DNA of 63,655 bases from Octopus bimaculoides (Eukaryota). The notes below the pieces were generated by a model that had not been told where the DNA came from, ran no database searches, and saw only the letters and a program-made list of their open reading frames with translations. The stretch lies in the NCBI RefSeq assembly GCF_001194135.2, contig NC_068991.1, forward strand, positions 49,063,295 to 49,126,949, read 5' to 3'. Positions 38,049-50,825 of this stretch are shown piece after piece (position 1 is the first letter of the stretch; every line of letters starts with the position of its first letter). The position numbers and the translations under genes were made by a program.

Positions 38049-38565
38049 ATTTAAACAACCCTAATTTCATTAATTAAGAAGTTTTATCTACCATTTTACA
38101 ATCCTCTGAGGACCTGGGCGCGACCCTCTAAGCGAAACTCTACCCTAAGTGGTAAAGTCCATGCAACCAGAAAATGAATAAAGTCGGAGTAGTCTGTAAC
38201 TGAGCACCAGTATTGAGTTCATCAATAAAACTGCTTTCTCTCACCACCCCCACTCTCTCCGTTTCAGTTAACCTAAATTGCCTCCACTACACTTCTAGAG
38301 TTCATTTGATAAAATAAGTGTTTCCTTACTGAAATCCAACAATTCCGAAATGTTTCGTGATTTATATTCTTCTTGTTATATGGGGACATAAATCTTTCTA
38401 GTCCTTTATACACACATACGTGCATGCATGCATGTACGTATGTATGTATATACACTTGTGTATGTATATGTACGACATATGTATATTTGTAGGTGCACAC
38501 TTGTATACATATATATGTGTGTGTGTATGTAAGTGGGTACATGCTTGTGTGTGTGTATATATATA

Positions 38566-38602
<37 letters not shown>

Positions 38603-38981
38603 ATCAAGGGTAGGTAGCTTTCCAGTTGAAAAGCAATAAATGTACAAACAAACAGAAAGTAGATACATATATACAATAAGTCTGTATATATACGTGAATG
38701 AAAATATGTGCGTGTGTGTGTGTGTGTATTTTGTGATAACGTTTGGTTATCATATATCACAGTACGTGCTTTTAAAGTGTGTTTGAAGTGTGGTCTTTAG
38801 TGAAGGGAAAATTGTTTTATAAGTGATTTTGTCACAGTATATGTGTGACGGGGTAACAATATGATAGCGTGTGTCAGTATGTATGCTTAGAATTTTACAG
38901 CAAGTATTACGTATTTGGGTGTGTCATTGTAAATCCATGTTTGAGAGAAAGAGAGAGTGTGTGTGAATCTTTCTCTGTGTA

Positions 38982-39250
38982 CACCTCTGCGACTTACGAC
39001 CACAAAAACTAAATAAATATAAATAAATAAATCGATTTTCGGACGTTGGGCATCAGCGCGTACGATAACTATGACAGCATCTGGCAACGCAGGCATCCAC
39101 TTCCTGCCACTGTCTCTCATTCGGTCACATTCAAGCATCAGTTGCGTTTGAATGAAAATAACGTTGAAAAATATAAATCCTACATATGACCAGATCGACT
39201 TACGACCTGTCAGTCGAAACGGAACTCGGTCGTCGTAAGTCGAGAAGGTG
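38982..39250. mobile_element. pogo/Tigger-like MITE with TA target duplication
   Basis: TIRs CACCTCTGCGACTTACGAC / GTCGTAAGTCGAGAAGGTG, with TA on both sides. Confidence 0.8.
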
Positions 39251-40513
39251 TATATGCAACGAAACCTCCATAAACTGAAAATATCTTACCAGAATTACAA
39301 ACAAACTCGATTTTTTTTCTATTTTAATGTCAGAAGAAACACAAGTATAGTAATAATAATAATTATTATATTTGTACATCAGTCAGAATAAATCCAATCA
39401 TGGGAAAGTAATGTTTCAAATCTGTCCAAAAATGTTTCTATGTTCATTCGTTTGGGCGATGAAGGTTTTCAAGAGGACATTCAAAGCGTTTTCATTGGCC
39501 TCAACAGATTTTAGGCAATCCGCTGGCATTTTACCTCCTATTCCCGATCCTCTGATAGTGACAACCAGCGTTCACTTTTCATTGTCATTTCGTAGTGATT
39601 TAGAATCGTCCTTCTTTTCATGCTAGAACATAAAAAAAGACACGAAGAAACAAGAATACAAATTAATTGCTGTAAGAAATAAACAGATGAGAACGTAATA
39701 CTACCGTGGTCTTAAAAATCACCTTGGATATTTTATATAACGACGGTAATATCAGCTCTGAGTCGAGCTGAATTTGAACTTCCTTTCTTTTAAATGGTTA
39801 TCATGGATTGTACATTGTCTTTCCTTCAAATATACTATCAGTTCAGCCCGTCGCCAGACTTTAGTGACTGGGGATGCTTCAGAATATTCTGGGTGGACAT
39901 TAATTTGTATTGCGGGAAGATTTTCTAAATCTGAGGATGCACCATTGAGTAGTGAGGAGCAGTGCTGTTCAGTGCATCCCCTTAACGGTGGGTATGAACC
40001 AGTTATATCGATCTTGAGAAATACTACAAGTATTTATTTTATTGATCCTGAAGGGGATGAAAGGTAAAGTTCTTCTGGATGAGATTTGAACGATACATTT
40101 TGTCAGATGCTCTACCGATTCTTACAATTCACTTCTCACTATTTAATAAGACTTTCCCAAATCTGTAAGTGATGGAAATGCTTATTTGGAATTCGATCTT
40201 ATATCCCAGGTACTCGGTTAAACGATAATTCACCACTGCGGACCCTAAATAGGAAACCAATGCATTCAGATGTGATTTGAGGAAGATTTAGTTACTATTT
40301 CCAGCAGGTTGAGCGAAAAAGTAGAAGCAATAACGTTGCCTCTGTATATACATCATGTTTGTATATGCGATATATGTTTCTTCTGACAGAGTGGAGGTTA
40401 ACATGCCATTTAGATATTTAAAAACAAAATTAAAGTAAATTGACCAGAAGTGACGATAGGGAACCCAATAATTTCATGTAAACAAATGTGTATAACATAA
40501 AGTAAAGTAAAGA

Positions 40514-40738
40514 TCCCCTGTTGGTCAGAAATGACAATGGGATTGCACCTAGAAAGTTCCCCTCAGAGACACAAGTTCGAGCAAGGTTGTTTATGGAAGA
40601 CCAGCAGTGGCTCATGCATACCAACCTCTCTTTTCCAGCTACCGATGTTATCCAAGGGAAAAGCAAAGGCCGATACAGCTTGGCACCAGTGACGTCGCAA
40701 CTCATTTTTACAGCTGAGTGAACTGGAGCAACGTGCTC
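40514..40738 (-). mobile_element. SINE-like dispersed repeat fragment
   Basis: GC-richer island with retroposon-like composition and no sustained ORF; family not assignable here. Confidence 0.45.
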
Positions 40739-41240
40739 TCTCACTCAATAATAATAATAACGTAATATAAATAATATGCCAGCTGTTTTAGTGCCTGATT
40801 TTGGGCCCGCCCTGTATTTTATATAACATGAAGACTATACTTATGCTTATTATAAGATAAAAATAATGTTATGCTTATGCATGCTGGATATAGTATATGA
40901 GAACCTGAAATACTCAAGATATCACTAAGAGGGACTATGTAAGTAGGTGCCGGCATAATGAGGGTGTTTTGTTAATAATGTAAAGAGACTTCAGCATTTC
41001 TTTCCTTCTTTCTATGAAATCATGGAATGTCAATGTTGTTATTTCCGATCAAAACTTTTACTTTCGTTTATTTTAAACCCCCTAAACTGCATCTTAACAA
41101 CATTGGACCTGAAAATAATCTTCCAGTTGCAAATAAGCATTCAAGTTGCAGAGAATTCTCCTCCCTCTATCTGCCCGCTTTTCTCGGTCCAGTTTTCTCT
41201 CTGCCAACCTTCCCCATCACACTCTCTCTTCCTCTTCCGC

Positions 41241-41337
<97 letters not shown>

Positions 41338-41602
41338 CTTTTTTTGCATTAAGCATTTTCATCCCACTCATTTTTTTTCCTTTCATCTCCCATCCTTTTC
41401 TTACTCCCTCACCTCCTCTTCTGTCTTCTTCCATTTTTCCGCTTCCTCCCTCGCTACCTCCTATGCCTCTTCTCTCCTCCTCTTTCTTCTTCTTCTTCTT
41501 CTTCTTCTTCTTCTTCTTCTTCTTCTTCTTCTTCTTCTTCTTCTTCTTCCGGTCAAATAGACATTTACCCCTGATTTTCTTTATTCCAGTTTTTCAATCC
41601 AC

Positions 41603-41633
<31 letters not shown>

Positions 41634-41749
41634 ATTCATTCATTCATTCATTCATCTATTTCTTCTTTCCTTCCTTTCATTCTTTTTCTTCCCTTTGATC
41701 AGATATCCTAGAGTGTAAAAACTTTTATTTTTGTTTATTTCTGTTATTG

Positions 41750-42260
41750 TTTAAACTATCTTCACCCCTCTCGCCACACCACCACCGACACTACTACTAC
41801 TACTACCGCCACCACCACCATACCTCCACTATCACCATCACCACCCCCAACAACAACAGCAACAATAGCACTACCACTACCACCACCAAAACCATCACCA
41901 TCACGACTACCACCAACAACACCGACATTATCATCACCACCACCATCATAATAAATCCAACACCATCACCAACACTACGACCACCACTTCATCAACACCA
42001 CCATCATCTCCAACACAACACTACCTACAACATCAATATCACTATTACCACCAACACCACCACCTCCACCATTATCATTAACACTACCATCATCATCACC
42101 ACCTGACCACCACGTCACCAATACCATAACCTCTATCACCACCACCGCCACCTTACCATCGGCATCAACACCACCGCCACCTTACCATCAGCAGTACCAT
42201 CACTCCAACCAGCACCACCAAACCACCATACTAGGGTCATCGCTTCTATTGTAAACTTCA
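41750..42260. repeat. Low-complexity (CAC/CAT/CAA/TAC) tract
   Basis: Mixed degenerate trinucleotide runs. Confidence 0.85.
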
Positions 42261-42551
42261 TCATCATCATCACCATGGGGAACATTAACGGAGGCCTCCC
42301 CCTTTGATTGCTCAAAACAGTAGAAATAGCAGCCAAATCTCCCGCATATCATGCCATGCCCTTCCTTTTAAGAAGGAAAGATAAAACACATGTGGGAATG
42401 TAGTCCAAGGTAGACTACGACAGAAATAAAACTTGAGATGGTCAGAGTTAGAATCCCTTTGATCCTAATTCGACTCATTCCAGGCAGCCTTGAGGCTAAG
42501 CAAAACAATGCTATTACAACAACAATAATAAGCACCACTACCACCACACAA

Positions 42552-42594
<43 letters not shown>

Positions 42595-42730
42595 ACGGCT
42601 ATTTGTTTTATTTATTTTTTCGTCATGGGTGTCATTCCGCCATATAATTCATTGTATAGTGAACACCCAGCGCCAATGCTTGTGTGTGAGTGTGTATGTG
42701 TCTGTATATGCATGCTATGTTTGTGTATGC

Positions 42731-42825
<95 letters not shown>

Positions 42826-42951
42826 CATACATACACACACATATATATATACACATATATACATATATATATACACATGTATACATATATATATATATAT
42901 ATATGCATACATATTTTTTCTCTAGAGATATACATTCATTCCCAAACAAAA

Positions 42952-43005
<54 letters not shown>

Positions 43006-43349
43006 ACTCATATACACATGCACATACATACACATGCATATATACACGCACATGCATACATATAGATACATGCATGCATACGTACATACATACATACATA
43101 TATGGACACACACACTAAGGTACCTCATTAATTGTGATATTGTCATTGGGTTTATGATGCATGGCCCTTTAAATTAAATAAATAAAATGACCCCAGTTTT
43201 TTTATTGTTGTCAAATTAAGGGTTCAAAGAAATTTCGGCGGCGGCGGAGGTGGAGGTAGTGGTGAAAGTGAAGTTCGAGCGAGCAAAGACTGTTTTCTAA
43301 ACTCAGTAAATCCGTGCAAACCTTCAGAAAGTTCAAACGTTCCTGTGCG

Positions 43350-43420
43350 TGAACCCATTTTTTTAGCTCTGAACCCATTTTCAGCCCTGAATCCATTTTC
43401 AGCCCTGAATCCATTTTTCA
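43350..43420 (+). repeat. 18-19-bp minisatellite, 4 copies (TGAAyCCATTTTCAGCCC)
   Basis: Directly visible tandem units. Confidence 0.85.
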
Positions 43421-44224
43421 GCGTACTCAGCTACGAGGATAGTGGTACAACATAGGTTGAGACGACCAGAAACCAACTGCACTTCACTGGGTTTTTTTTC
43501 TATATGAGTTTACCTTCTTCTACAAGAATGTTCTAACGCCAACTAGTTAAACCATGTCTGGGACCCTAAAAGAGTAGACAATAGCGGCTTAGAGGGGGTT
43601 CCTCACTCCTCAAAACCCAGGAAGCTCCCGTACCTGGCTCCCACAACCGGGTGCAGTTTAAAGTGATACCCAGGACAGACTGTCGACTATGTAAGCATTC
43701 GTAAACCTGTAACTTCACTCGCTGGCTTACAAATGAATACGAACTTCCATAAGACCGCCAACACAAACGCCTGGGACACGCACATTTATGCATAGGTACA
43801 TACATTATGAGTGTCTAGGCGGAAGCTTGGCTTTGTGGTTAAGAAATTTGCTTCGTAACTACATAGTTTCTGGTTTAGTCCATTGGTCATTGTCCAGCAC
43901 CTCGGGCAAATGTCTTGCTTCAGTCATAGACTGAAACCATGCTAGGGTACCGCGTTGAAGAATTTTTAATCGACTGAATCGATCCAAGTACTTTTTTAAA
44001 AGCTTTGTACTATTTCCACCAGTTTCTTTTGCCGAACTGCTAAGTTACGTGGACGTAAACGCACCAACACCGGCTGTCAAGCGATGAGGAGGGACAAATA
44101 CTGATACAGACACACACACACTCACACATACATACATAGATGCATACACATGCACATACATACATAGATGCATACACATGCACATACATACATACATACA
44201 AACATACATACATACATACACACG

Positions 44225-44975
44225 TCGATTTGGGATAGAGAAGAGAAACAGTGTACAGTTGTGGAAATCAGCTGCCCATCATATGTTAACATAAAGCTGA
44301 AGATCATTGAAAAACAGAATACCTACGCTAAGCTATTGAGAAATCTGCGGTTACTCTAACCAGATTACAAGCTCAGGTTTACACAGGTAATTACTGGGGC
44401 CCTGGGATATGTAACACACTGCCTAAAACACCAATCTTGAGAAATTGAACTTCTCAAAACCAGAAAGGAGGAATCTGATTCGAAGACTACAAATTCAAGC
44501 CATCACTGGAACTGTAAAAGATTTTCAGAATTTTATCATTTAAGTATATATGGGCATGTCTAGATATACAAATATATGCATGATAAGACATACATAAAAC
44601 AAAACATGAATCTGCATGTATACATACATGCATACATACATACATACATACATACATATACACACATATACNNNNNNNNNNNNNNNNNNNNNNNNNNNNN
44701 NNNNNNNNNNNNNNNNNNNNNNNNNNNNNNNNNNNNNNNNNNNNNNNNNNNNNNNNNNNNNNNNNGAATCTGCATGTATACATACATGCATACATACATA
44801 CATACATACATACATATACACACATATACATACATCCATACATACATTCATACATTCACACACATACAAAAATACCTTGTTGTTGATGTTGAAATTCCAA
44901 TGAAAGAGCCTTGAATCTCGGTTAGAAAATGATTGTTTCTCTATTGGCAAGAAATCTTGAAATAGAACTGACTAA
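44225..44975 (+). mobile_element. 5'-truncated RLE-type non-LTR retrotransposon embedded in (CATA)n
   Basis: IWDREEKQCTVVEISCPSYVNIKLKIIEKQNTYAKLLRNLRLL*PDYKLRFTQVITGALGYVTHCL resembles the restriction-like endonuclease C-terminus; (CATA)n lies at the 5' junction and in the 3' region. Confidence 0.8.
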
Positions 44976-44999
44976 TCACGCGCTCGCGCGCACGCACAC

Positions 45000-45155
45000 A
45001 CGACGGACTTCTTTCAGTTTCCGTCTACCAAATCCACTCACAAGGTTTTGGTCGGCCCGGGGCTATAAGTAGAAAACATTTGCCTAAGGTACCACGCAAT
45101 GGGACTGAACCTGGAACCATGTGGTTAGGAAGGAAGCTTCTTACCACAGCCACGC
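45000..45155 (-). mobile_element. SINE family A copy
   Basis: Reverse complement of the family A consensus seen elsewhere in the window. Confidence 0.85.
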
Positions 45156-46309
45156 ATGTGAGTAATGGTTTAAAAGTGCTCAGGATAGATGTGTGTCTTG
45201 CTCGTTTCTGTATCTGGTGAAGTCCGTTTCTCTTCAGATGTGAAACATCCGAATTCTTCCAGATATGAACAGAGAGAGGAGAAACACTATCCAGCACGGG
45301 AGTGTTTCTGTACTTATCGACCCTCGGGAGGGTATATAGATGAAGTAGTGGATGCTGTTGTAGTACAATCATCAACACCAACACCAATTATAACGCGCGC
45401 GCACACACACAAACGCACAAACACATAGGCACGAACAAACTCACATACAACAACAGACACGAAGTCACGTGTATCGCATCACAAACACTCATTGATACGC
45501 AATTTACTTCAATCTCTTTCCATCAAAAAACACACACACATGGAAACACACACGCACTCACAAACATACAAATTCATATACACTTACAATCATAGACACA
45601 CACACACATAAATGCACAGGCTCATACTCGCAACAACAAACAGCATCATAAACACAAACACAAGCACACACACAGCTAGGCAAATACATATGCTCTTACA
45701 ACCACAAGCGCACACACACAAAGGCACGGAAACACTAATACACACACTCACACGCAGACACACACACACATGCCCTCGCACACCCACGCCCGTGCGCATA
45801 CAGAGGTTTGTACGAACACGCACGCTCACAGACACACACGCACACTACACACACGCAGATACGTACATTATACACACACACACGTCCTCTACACACATGC
45901 ACGCTCACAGACACACACGCACACTACACACATTATACACACACACGTCCTCTACACACGGGCACATGCACACACGCACTCTACACAGACGCAGATACAC
46001 ACACGTTCTCTACACACACGCGCGCGCACTTGCACACACATACAGTGATGCACACGCACACGCGCACTCATGCAACCACACATACAAACACGCGCATCAC
46101 AAAGAAAGGGGTCAAATAGTTTCAGTCCATTCCTACAATGTCTTCCCATTTAATGTGTGTCCCCTTAAAATACCAGAAAACATTGAGAATTGTTTGAAAA
46201 GATGCGGCAAAGATGAAAGCCTCGACGTCTCCAGGTTCAACCTTAAATCATAAGATTAGCTGTTACTTGGCAACCCATATCTTTAATGATGCCTCACTAT
46301 CCTCGCACC

Positions 46310-46441
46310 TTCACCATCTCTCTCTCTCTCTCTCCCCATCTCTTTCTCTCCCCATCTCTTTCTCTCCCCATCTCTCTCTCTCCCCATCTCTCTCTCTCTC
46401 CCCATCTCTCTCTCTCTCCCCATCTCTCTCTCTCTCCCCAT
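46310..46441. repeat. Polypyrimidine minisatellite (CCCCATCTCTCTCTCTCT)n within a long CT-rich tract
   Basis: Visible units of about 17-19 bp running into a gap. Confidence 0.85.
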
Positions 46442-46537
46442 NNNNNNNNNNNNNNNNNNNNNNNNNNNNNNNNNNNNNNNNNNNNNNNNNNNNNNNNNNN
46501 NNNNNNNNNNNNNNNNNNNNNNNNNNNNNNNNNNNNN

Positions 46538-46587
<50 letters not shown>

Positions 46588-46716
46588 CTCTCACCATCCT
46601 CCCATCTTCATCGTACCTGTCTTTCACCATCTTCTTACTTTCACCATACCTTCTTTCTCACCCTCACATTTCTTCCTCTTATTCTCGTCACTCTCTCAAC
46701 ATATTTCTCTCTCTCA

Positions 46717-46749
<33 letters not shown>

Positions 46750-46759
46750 ACTCTCTCTC

Positions 46760-46800
<41 letters not shown>

Positions 46801-47548
46801 NNNNNNNNNNCTCTCTCTCTCTCTCACTCTCATCCTATCTTCTCTTTCTCTGTCCCTATCGCCCCACTCCCATCATATTTTATTCTTATCATCCCGGCAA
46901 TCAAATTCCTCTCTTTCTCTCTCTCTATCTCTCCCTATTTCTCTCTCTCTTTCTCTCTCCTTCCCTCTCCTTTTCTCTCCCCTCTCCTTTTCTTTCTCTC
47001 TCCCCTTTTCTCTCTCTCCTCCTCTCTCTCCCCCTCTCTTTTCCAACTTGGCTTGCTATTTTCTTTTAATTTTATTCTATCTATCTATATATCTATCTAT
47101 CTATCTGACTATCTGTTTCTTTCTCTTTACATGTATATATAGGTGAGTGTGAGTGTGTATACATATATATATTCTTATATAAATATATACATATATGTAT
47201 ATATATATATATTTAATATATTTATGCATATACATATATATAAATATATACATATGTATTGTGATTTCCCATTCTTAGATTGGGTGGGGCATTGTGTTCT
47301 TGAGCAAAACACTTCATCTCATTTTACACTGCAATCACTTCGACACCTGATGCGTGGTATACAGTGCACCTGTTCAGGCAACATCGATTTGACAGAGAGA
47401 CTGAGCTAATGTACCAGTCATACATTTTATCACTATAAACAAATCCTTTGTGCAGGTTGTTCGACAAAAAAGATGAACACTCATACGCCGTCTTCGATGA
47501 GAAAGTCCATTATATATATATATATATATACATTTTTTTGATTGTCTT

Positions 47549-47609
47549 AATAACTGACGAGATGCCGGAGCAGATTTCCGCCCCGACATCCGAAACTCGG
47601 AGTTTTATT
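47549..47609 (+). ncRNA. Minimal type I hammerhead ribozyme motif
   Basis: AATAA-CTGACGA-GATG[22 nt]CATC-C-GAA-ACTC(G)GAGT-T-TTATT. Confidence 0.72.
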
Positions 47610-47709
47610 ATGGCACCCGAATAATTGTCACATATTATATTACAGATAAATTCCTGTATTTACATAATATCGAGGTCTCATTCATTCTTTTGCTGTCATA
47701 CCATTACTA

Positions 47710-47747
<38 letters not shown>

Positions 47748-47835
47748 TAAAAAACGGAAAAAAAGAAAAAAAAGCAACCACACGAGGACGTGGTACATGC
47801 GAAGTATTAATAAGACGCTCAGGGAAGGAAAAGGG

Positions 47836-47872
47836 TGTTTTACGTTTCGAGCAAAGTTCTTCTTCAGAAGCA
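47836..47872 (-). ncRNA. Minimal hammerhead motif from a different family, with one mismatch each in helices I and II
   Basis: Minus strand TGCTT-CTGAAGA-A-GAAC[ttt]GCTC-GAAACGT-A-AAACA. Confidence 0.55.
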
Positions 47873-48578
47873 GGAGACAGATGAAAGTCCAAAAGAAAAA
47901 GAAGACGGAGGACAAAATTGCCAACAGTCAACATGTAGTCACACTCATATATATATACATAATGATAAACACAATATACAGTTTATATCATTTGTTTCCT
48001 AATTGCATTTCACCATTGTGTTTATTTGTATTTGTATACTCTGCAGGGGATGTTTCGATTGCAATTAGAAGCTGAACCGCAACAGGTCATCAGGGTAACA
48101 CTAATATCCACAATGGTGATACGTACGTAGAGAACGAATAACATAAGCTGCATCTTATCTTTAATGATAATTTCTCTTACATTTGCTCTATAAATGTCGA
48201 CCGGTTATACTTCGAAGTACAGTATTAACAACACCACTATACAAGAAGTTCAGTGGATGACGATTATCTATGTGGAGGTCTAAACTGAAACGAAATTCTT
48301 CGAAAGGAAAGAAGAATTTTATTGAAGTTTTTTTTTTTTACAACCTTGCTGATCACATCTATATTCTTATCTCGGTTAGTAAAGAGGTTATGTGCCCCCG
48401 GCCAGCAGGTCTGATGGATCGTATATACTGATAAGAGCAATAGCAGACGTGAAACCAATGGTAACATTTTGACAGTCCGCAACCAACGTTTTTCATAAAA
48501 TATTACTGCTCAATAAACATTTTAGGGTATGATGACTCTAAAAACTGACTGATTACACACACACACGTACATACATAC

Positions 48579-48609
<31 letters not shown>

Positions 48610-48643
48610 CTGTAAAAATATGTGACACTTATTCGGTAGCCAT

Positions 48644-48704
48644 GATAAAACTCCAAGTTTCGGATGCCGGGGTGGGAGCCCACGCCAACATCTCTTCAGT
48701 TATC
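48644..48704 (-). ncRNA. Minimal type I hammerhead ribozyme motif, inverted partner of 47549-47609
   Basis: Minus strand GATAA-CTGAAGA-GATG[22 nt]CATC-C-GAA-ACTT(G)GAGT-T-TTATC. Confidence 0.72.
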
Positions 48705-49009
48705 CGGCCATTGAAAATTCCTGTGAAAAATTACGTTAAACAAAGGGAAAAGTATAGAAGGGTAAAAAGCTTATACATAGACACAATATAGAAAGCAAAT
48801 CCTATCAGTACACTCCTATCGGCAAGTCCTATCAGTAAAAATATTAAAAAATATATAAGAAATCTAACTAAAAAGTATAGAGAGATACTTGGATTTTATA
48901 TTTTTTATATATATTTTATATTTTTTTTATTTTTTATATTTTTTACTTAATTATAGAGTTAATGTTTTTGTATTTTGCATTATAGAGTTAATGTTTTTTG
49001 TATGGTGGT

Positions 49010-49230
49010 GGTGGTGCATTTCTACATGGGTGGTATTTGCATGTCTTTACGTCTAAAGTTGTGTCTAGAAAGTATGCAACGTTTCTTTTAGATCTAATGG
49101 CACCCTTTAAATTTACTGCGGAGAAGGATTCTATGAAACCTTTTTCTACGTATGTGTAGATGATAGGTGTTCCACGTGACTAGAACTCACTAATACAGTA
49201 TTTTGGTAAATATCTATTTCTAAACAACGC
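49010..49230 (-). mobile_element. Penelope-like reverse transcriptase fragment
   Basis: GFIESFSAVNLKGAIRSKRNVAYFLDTTLDVKTCKYHPCR resembles the PLE RT motif IIxxFxxxNLKITIxxNxxVVNFLDVTLDLxTxKYxPYR. Confidence 0.5.
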
Positions 49231-49509
49231 ATCATTCCATTCATAATACATTCTGACAGATTAGAATGTGAATATGTGATTGCTGTTGTTTTTCATCAGC
49301 GGAGAGCACCTCTCCCTTTTAGATGGTGTGTGTTCATAACACAGGCGACTCACCTGTGTAAAAGGACTTCAAGATACAGTAATATTTCAACATCATTTTA
49401 TGTCTCCTCAATTGGTGCTACTCCGTCGGAGCAATGAATCTAAGCAGAACACGAGCTCTCGTTTATCGTAATCGGTAAACAAATAATTTGTAATCGGTAA
49501 AAGAAATAA

Positions 49510-50733
49510 TATGTTACTCTTACTGTATTGAGAGTGTTTTACGTAGGATGTGTGCGGAGCATTGTAGTGCTATTTTCTGTATGTTATATATACTTTTTAG
49601 TTCTGGTATTTTTGTTATGTATTTGTCTGAATGTTTTTTTTTTATCATACTTAAAGCGCCTACTATGATAGGAATTGTTTCTAGGCTTCACATTCGAGTT
49701 ATTTCTATTTCCAGATTATATTTTGAAAGTTTCTCCGTTCCTTTTAGAGAAACATTGTCATCTGTTGGTATTGATACAACGATTAGAAAGCATTTTTTTT
49801 AATGATCTATGACAACTCTATCCAGCCTATTAGCCTTAATTTCTCTGTCTGTGTGTATTGGCATATCCCAGACTATGGTTTCTTTCTCATTTTCTGTGAA
49901 CTTTTCAGGCATGTGCCTATATCATCTTTTTTCTATTGTTATTCCATAGTGTTATCATAGCTTCCAGTGTATATAAGTCCCAACTCTGTCGTGCTTGTGA
50001 AGATATTCCTTCTTAGCCAGGACTGGGCAACCAGAGAAATATGATTTACTATTTCTTCTCGATCACCACATATTCTGCAATTACTTGTATTTCTTTTCAT
50101 TATTCATTTTTGGTGATTTCTGGTAGGAAGGCTTTGGTCTTGTGCTGCAATTAAAAATCCTTTAGTCTCTGCTTTGAGTCTTGAGCTTATTAGCCATTGT
50201 TGGGATTTTGCTTTGTCTATATCTTTTTTTGTTTAGCTTAACCCGATATTTGACATGAATGGGCTTTTCTTTCTATCGCTTTATCATGATCCGTTGCTGT
50301 TGCAGTTCTTGTTTGGATTTCAGTTGTTTTACAGCCGTTGTTTCTTCTTTTTCTTCATAGTTGTTAGGTACTATGACTTCTTTTTTGTATTTGTCATCTT
50401 CTTTAAAGACTGCAAGCAGTTTTCTGTTTTGTTCGTGTTTAGTTGTTATTTGTATCAGTTTTCCTTGCTTCTGAAGCAGGTATTTCTGTAGTCCTATGGT
50501 GGTTATTTTGTAATAGTTTTCTATCTGTACAAGGCCTCTACCACCTTCGATACGTTGTATATCTAGCCTTTCTATGTCAAATTTTGGGTGGTGCATCCTA
50601 AATCCTGTTATTATTTTTCTTGTCTTCCTGTCTATTTTGATTAGTTCATTTAGAGTCCAGTTAAGAATATCGTAGATGTAACTTATAGCTGGGACAGCTA
50701 GAGTGTTGATACCTATTATCTTGTTTTTCGCAT
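49510..50733 (-). mobile_element. 5'-truncated Dong/R4-like RLE non-LTR retrotransposon (RT thumb, CCHC finger, endonuclease), degraded
   Basis: NAKNKIIGINTLAVP...MHHPKFDIERLDIQRIEGGRGL...LIAAQDQSLPTRN...CRICGDRE...HIISGCPVLAKKEY...HDRV...WDMPIHTDREIKANRLD...IPIIVGAL; the 5' end abuts (TAA)n. Confidence 0.9.
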
Positions 50734-50737
50734 TATT

Positions 50738-50825
<88 letters not shown>

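Noticed and set aside
38104-38150. CTGAGGA...GCGAAACTC hammerhead-like words (similar weak cases at about 15205-15245, 18849-18890 and 48045-48105)
   Set aside because: The core words are present or nearly so, but the helices do not close
41747-42106. Thr/His-rich mucin-like ORF
   Set aside because: A by-product of degenerate CAC/CAA/CAT repeats, with no splice signals or domain
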